Below the pieces are notes generated by a model that was given only the letters and a program-made list of their open reading frames with translations, made no database searches and was not told the DNA's origin. Shown here one piece after another: positions 59,115 through 64,000 of a DNA stretch of 64,000 nucleotides (position 1 is the stretch's first letter; every line of letters starts with the position of its first letter). The translations under genes were made by a program, and so were the position numbers. This DNA comes from an uncultured delta proteobacterium (GTDB taxonomy: Bacteria > Myxococcota > Myxococcia > Myxococcales > Myxococcaceae): assembly GCA_963713045.1 (NCBI GenBank), contig CAVQKE010000005.1, positions 224,001 through 288,000 of the forward strand. Direction: 5' to 3'.

Positions 59115-59924
59115 CAGAAGAACCTCCAGTCGTGCCAGATGCCCATCGAACAGAGCCGGATGTAGACGTCGGAGAAGGCCACCGAAAACAAGCTGGGCCA
59201 CGCCCAGCGCATGTGGCGGCTGTTCAGGCAGCTGACGCAGGCGTAGGCCTCTGTTGCGTATCGGGACGCTGCGAGAGCGGTTGAACTGCCCGCCGACCAG
59301 ATGCCGCAGCGAATGGCAGCCCAGCGTGTACCCGCCAGCAGCACCACATTCACGGCCAACAGCAGACGTCCCGACGCCGACCCCGAAGAGGACTTGGCCG
59401 GTGGCGGGTCTGCGAACCAAAGCGCCTTCCACACGTCGTGCACGAGAATGAGGATGAAAAGGCCAACGCCAGGTAGAGGAAGTAGCGATGGACGTTTTGG
59501 AGGATCAGCGGAAAGCCGCACTCGCCGACGGTAGTGGCTGACGCGGCTCACCCACGGCGCAGGCCGGCGGGTCGGCCCAGAAGGCTTTGTAATAGGCGCC
59601 GCGGTAGTAGTAGCAGGTGAAGCGAAACCCGGCCGGGAACGGCGAGAATGAGAGCGCCGGCGAGAAAGGGCAGCCAGCCAGGCCAGGCGGCTGGCTTCGG
59701 GCCGAACCAGGCGTGGGTTGGGATCGCCGAACAGCTCTGGCGAGTAGAACGGCGACAGGTACGGCCCGAAGGGTAGTGGTTGCATTCTGAAACGCCGCCC
59801 AGGTGGCGTAGACGATAAAGACAGTCAGCAGCACCAACACCACCGACGGCCACGCCCACCATGCGTCCCGGCGCACCGTCTGTGCGAAGCGCGGCGGAGT
59901 GGGGCGAAATGTTGCTTGGGTCAT
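59114..59924 (-). pseudogene. Sdh1-type single membrane-anchor subunit (Rv0249c-like), frameshifted
   Basis: Fragments RRDAWW, YLSPFYSP, FRFTCYYYRGAYY..FWADPPAC, YTLGCHSLRHLVGG, NSRHMRWAW, DVYIRL. Confidence 0.75.
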
Positions 59925-60341
59925 GCAACGCTCCCTTTCGGGTGGCGACATCCGAGGGGGCGGACCATAAGCTCGCTCGGCAACACGGGGCCAGGACCCA
60001 AAAACCCTGGCGCGCCCATCCGATGGGTCCAGCGCGCCGCGTCGTCGCCGCGGCACAGGACAGCTGCTGGCCTGGTGAAGCGCTGCTTTCGCCTCGCCGC
60101 GGGGTCCCGACGCCGTCGTCAACCAACGACGAAAGTCTCCTCGCCAACGGGAAGTTGAACCGGAGGCGTAGCCGGATTGACGCCGGGAGAGGTACGCCGG
60201 TGCAAGGGTACTGGCGCGCGTCCATCGCATTCCGAGGCGACTGCAAGTCGAGGGGCTTCCATCGACACTGGGCATCGGCGCCGCCGGGCGTGTGGACGAA
60301 GAGCTGCGCCTGAGGATATTCCTGGGCTCGAGGAGGGAGTG

Positions 60342-61509
60342 ATGACCCCACCAGACCACCAACAAGCAGTCGCCCGGACACGTGAGATTGCCGACGCGAC
60401 GATTTCCCCCGCAGCGCACGACCATGACAGGGCTGGGAGCTTCCCAACCGACGCCGTAGCCGCACTCGGACAGGCCGGGCTGCTGGCGCTCAACGTCCCG
60501 ACAACTTTCGGTGGCTCAGGCCTCGGCCCACGTGCCTTCGCGGAGGTCATGACCATCCTCGCCGAAGCGGACCCGTCGGTGGCGATGGTCTACATGATGC
60601 ACGTTTGCGCAAGCGAGGTGATTATCGCTGGCGCCAAGACGACCGGCAGCCGGGCAGCCGATGCGGCGCTCAGGGACATGTCCCGGGGCAAACATCTCAC
60701 CACCCTCGCCTTCAGCGAGGCCGGATTGCGCAGCCACTTCTGGGCGCCCATCTCCAAGGCTTCCCGCTCCGACGGCGGCGTTCGGCTGAACGCGAAGAAG
60801 TCCTGGGTAACCAGCGCCGGGGTCGCAGACAGCTACGTCATCACCACACTCTCACCCGAGGCGAAGGGCAGCACCGACTCGACGCTGTACCTGGTTCCGG
60901 GGGTCTGCGGCCGGGATGCGCGTCGCGGCGCCCTGGGACGGCCTGGGCCTGCGGGCGACCGCATCGTCCCCAATGACGCTTGAGGCGGTGGAGGTCGGCG
61001 ACGACCGCCGCCTCACCGAGGAGGGCGGCGGCTTCGCGGCCAAGCTGAACGTCGTGCTGCCCTGGTTCAACCTGGCCAGTGCCACCGTCTCCCTCGGCAT
61101 CTGCCGCGCCGTGGTGGCGGCAACTGTGGCTCATCTGAAGACCAGCAAGTTCGAGCATCTGGGCAATACCTCGCTCGGCGAAGCGCTACCGACGCTGCGA
61201 CAGAGGCTCGCCCAGATGCAGATTGACACCGATGGCCTCGCGCACCGAGTCGACGACTGCGTCGGCGCGCTGGAGACCCCCGGCCCGCTCACGATGCTCC
61301 GCGTCCTCGAGGTCAAGGCCGCTGCCGGGGAGACCGCCATCCGGGTCACCTCCAGCGCGATGCAGGCCTGCGGCGGCGCCGCCTTCTCCAAGCACACGTC
61401 CATCGAACGCTACTTTCGTGATGCGCACGCTGGCTCGGTGATGGCGCCCACCGTGGACGTCCTCCGCGAGTTCATCGGAAAGTCGCTCCTCGGCATCCCG
61501 CTGTTCTGA
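60342..61509 (+). CDS. Acyl-CoA dehydrogenase/flavin monooxygenase-fold protein, with a +1 indel in the G-run at about 60899-60903
   Basis: SD GAGGAGG; VPTTFGGSG, AFSEAG.RSHFWAP and KSWVTSAG, then a frame change to WDGLGLRATAS, ACGGAAF and IERYFRDA. Confidence 0.88.
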
Positions 61510-61525
61510 GCACTGAGCACTCTCC

Positions 61526-62347
61526 ATGCTCGAGACCATCAACCTGGGCGCCGTGGTTTACGACCCGAAGGTCATCGGGATTTGGGAGGGCATGCGGAGG
61601 TACTTCCGCGACGAGGCGAAGGTCCCGGTCGAGGTCGTCCTGTACCTGGGCTACCCGGCTCAGGTGGCTGCGCTTCTTGCCGGACGCATCGACATCGCCT
61701 GGAACACCAACCTCGCTTATTTGCAGTCGGACCACTTCAGTCAGGGCAAGTGCAGGCCGCTCGCGATGCGAGACACCGACCTCGAGTGGTGGACGGAGAT
61801 TGTGGTTCGCAAAGGGGGTGGCGTCCGCCAGCTGTCGGACCTCCGCGGAAAGCGTGTCGCCCTCGGAAGCCGTGACAGCGGCCACGCGGCGATTCTTCCA
61901 GTGCACTTCCTCGCTCAGGCAGGCCTGGTCGAGGACCGGGACTACCAGTCGCTCCGCTTCGACAGCGACCTCGGGAAGCATGGAGACACCGGGACCAGCG
62001 AGGTCGACGTGCTCCGTGCCGTCCTCAACGGCGAAGCCGATGCGGGCGCGGTGGGTAGCCCCTTCTGGGCGGGCGTTCTCTCGGGCCAGCTCGTCCCGGC
62101 AGGAGCCGTGGAGTCCATCTGGTCGTCTCCGCGCTACCACCATTGCATGTTCACCGCGCGGGTCGGCCTTCCCACCGAGGATGCCACCCGCTTCACCGAC
62201 GCGCTCTTCAGAATGAACGGCGACCCGCGCCTCCGACCCATCCTCGACGCCGAAGGCCTCAAAGAGTGGGTGTCCCCCCGCACTGAGGGCTACGGCTCGC
62301 TTCGCGAGGCAGCGCTCCAGCAGGGCTTCCTCGCGCGGTCGGGCTGA
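61526..62347 (+). CDS. PhnD/phosphonate-type solute-binding-fold protein without a signal peptide
   Basis: GAVVYDPKV, IDIAWNTNLAY, MRDTD, DLRGKRVALGSRDS, GKHGD, ADAGAV, YHHCMF. Confidence 0.8.
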   Translation: MLETINLGAVVYDPKVIGIWEGMRRYFRDEAKVPVEVVLYLGYPAQVAALLAGRIDIAWNTNLAYLQSDHFSQGKCRPLAMRDTDLEWWTEIVVRKGGGVRQLSDLRGKRVALGSRDSGHAAILPVHFLAQAGLVEDRDYQSLRFDSDLGKHGDTGTSEVDVLRAVLNGEADAGAVGSPFWAGVLSGQLVPAGAVESIWSSPRYHHCMFTARVGLPTEDATRFTDALFRMNGDPRLRPILDAEGLKEWVSPRTEGYGSLREAALQQGFLARSG

Positions 62348-63379
62348 ATGGGCTCGCTGCGCCATAAGGCGGAGCTTCGAGCGGACGCGAAGGACTTCTC
62401 GAACGGCTTGCTGAACGACCTCCTCGCGGCGTTCCAGGGTTTGGCCGACGGCGACCTCCTCTCGCTGCTCGGTCCTGCGCGTCTCGGGCCCGACCTTGAC
62501 CTCTGGGCTCGCTTCACCGGGAACGCAATCGTCGAGGTGACCAGCGAGGGTGAGACCAGCCGGTTCGTCGTCCGCAAGGGGCCGCTGCTTTCGTATGAGG
62601 AGGCGCCAGTCGTTGGGGAGCGGCTGTGGCTCTACACCAACTTCGATTGCAATCTCGCCTGTGACTATTGCTGCGTGCGCTCCTCACCGCGGGCGGATCC
62701 CCAGGCGCTCCCGCTTGAGGACATCCAGCGCGCTGCCTCCGAGGCGCCCGAGGCCGGCGTCCGTGAACTCTTCGTCACCGGAGGCGAGCCGTTCCTGCGC
62801 TCGGACATCGCCGAGATATTGCTGGCCTGTGGACGGGCTCTTCCGACGACCGTGCTCACCAACGGACTTCTCTTCGCCGGCAAGCGCCTGCGCGCCCTTC
62901 AAGAACTCCCCCGCGACCGTGTGGTCCTGCAGATTAGTCTCGACAGTCCCACCGCCGCGCTCCACGACCGGCATCGAGGAGCCGGGAGCTGGGAGAAGGC
63001 CCGGGCCGGCATCGCCAGCGCCCGGGAGGAAGGCTTCCGCGTCCGGCTGGCCTCGACCGTGACCGACGCGCAGGCGGAGCAGGACTTCCAGGAGTTCGTC
63101 GAGCGGGAGGGTATTCCGAAGCAGGACTGCGTCGTGCGCCGAGTCGCCCTCCGCGGGTTCGCCGAGGAGGGCGTGGCCCTGTCGCGGTCGGACCTGGTTC
63201 CAGAGGTGACCTTCACCCGGGCGGGCGTCTACTGGCATCCCGTCGGGGCGACAGACCAGGACTTCTTCGTCACCGGTCGGTTTTTTCCTCTCGTCGAGGC
63301 AATCGAGGCAGTCAGGCGCGCCTTCGCCGAGGAGCGGCGCTTCGCCACCTCTGTGGCCAACGTGTTCCGCTGCGCCTAG
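62348..63379 (+). CDS. Radical SAM protein with an N-terminal TusA-like domain
   Basis: CNLACDYC (CX3CX2C), TGGEPF, LTNG, QISLD; ends in FRCA. Confidence 0.9.
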   Translation: MGSLRHKAELRADAKDFSNGLLNDLLAAFQGLADGDLLSLLGPARLGPDLDLWARFTGNAIVEVTSEGETSRFVVRKGPLLSYEEAPVVGERLWLYTNFDCNLACDYCCVRSSPRADPQALPLEDIQRAASEAPEAGVRELFVTGGEPFLRSDIAEILLACGRALPTTVLTNGLLFAGKRLRALQELPRDRVVLQISLDSPTAALHDRHRGAGSWEKARAGIASAREEGFRVRLASTVTDAQAEQDFQEFVEREGIPKQDCVVRRVALRGFAEEGVALSRSDLVPEVTFTRAGVYWHPVGATDQDFFVTGRFFPLVEAIEAVRRAFAEERRFATSVANVFRCA

Positions 63380-63632
63380 AGCCCCTCCCTGCTTCAACCG
63401 CTGCTCCACGATGACGGCTTCGAGCCGTTCGAGTCCGAACGCCGTCACCGGGAGCAGTCTCATCGGACAGACGGAGCCACCCACGCTTGACGTGGCAGGC
63501 CGGCGCGCGTTGGATGCCGTCGGCCTTTACCAGCCCGCCGCTGGCACGGCGGCTGCCGAGAGGCCGCCCGACCCATCGCATTCACCACCCGCATCTCGGA
63601 AACTCGAATGTCGAGTCGCCCAGGAGGGCCCC

Positions 63633-64000
63633 ATGATGAGAGCAGGCCGCGTTGCCGTGACGACTGCTGTATTCATCGGAATGCTTTGTCCAGCGACACC
63701 TGTGTCCGCGCAGCAGCTCCCGGCCATCGCCGAGCAGATTGCGAAGACCTATGGTCTCGACTCCTTTGGTCAAATCGAGGCCATCCGGTACACCTTCAAC
63801 ATCGATGTCGGTAAAGGAAAGTTCAAGGTCTCGCGTTCGTGGGTCTGGGAGCCGAAGGCGGACCGAATCTCATACGACGGAAAGGACAAGGCCGGTCTCC
63901 CCGTCAAGGTCACTTACTCGCGCTCTGAGTTCGCAACTCAGAGCGCGTTCGTGAAGGAGGAAGTCGATCCGGCGTTTTTCAACGACCAATACTGGCTATT
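63633..64000 (+). CDS. Partial secreted hypothetical protein; runs off the window end
   Basis: AGGAGG SD; MMRAGRVAVTTAVFIGMLCPATPVSA-QQ signal, then IAKTYGLDSFGQIEAIRYTFN..RSWVWEPK..FFNDQYW, open to the window end. Confidence 0.75.
   Translation, partial: MMRAGRVAVTTAVFIGMLCPATPVSAQQLPAIAEQIAKTYGLDSFGQIEAIRYTFNIDVGKGKFKVSRSWVWEPKADRISYDGKDKAGLPVKVTYSRSEFATQSAFVKEEVDPAFFNDQYWL

Noticed and set aside
59925..60341. Riboswitch or RiPP precursor upstream of the radical-SAM cassette
   Set aside because: There is only a vague SAM-I-like fragment (ATCCGAG...GGCAAC) without the core pairing, and no small ORF with SD and precursor-like composition. An Rfam/Infernal scan would settle it.

Overview
A GC-rich bacterial chromosome segment, most likely from a Myxococcales member, inferred from the 16S sequence and gene order. 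From left to right it holds: (i) a small accessory tail (partial outer-membrane protein, alpha/beta hydrolase, Asp/Glu racemase); (ii) a complete minus-strand rRNA operon (16S-tRNA-Ile-tRNA-Ala-23S-5S) behind four tandem sigma70-like promoters; (iii) gmk/yicC and a long LPS/envelope block (GT9, hldC fused to a Trm112-like domain, hldA, lpxK, two GT4s, waaA, msbA-like, lpxB, GT2, marC, lpxI, lpxA, fabZ, lpxD, skp, bamA, lolD, lolC/E); (iv) lysS, prfB with its programmed +1 frameshift, lnt, ybeY, an inserted DUF6623-like gene, a 7TM-HD phosphohydrolase, phoH, and a TPR/Zn-finger membrane protein paired with a DUF4388-MshEN-pseudopilin-like protein; (v) an M16 peptidase pair, sulP, mazG, rpsT, lptE, leuS and a stand-alone fabF; (vi) a heavily frameshifted Sdh1-type succinate dehydrogenase cluster; and (vii) an acyl-CoA-dehydrogenase / signal-less PhnD-like / TusA-radical-SAM cassette of unknown function. 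Single-base indels in essential genes (waaA, lpxD) suggest long-read assembly errors, so apparent fusions need read-level checking. No CRISPR array, prophage or IS element was seen. All family assignments come from motif recognition, not database searches.
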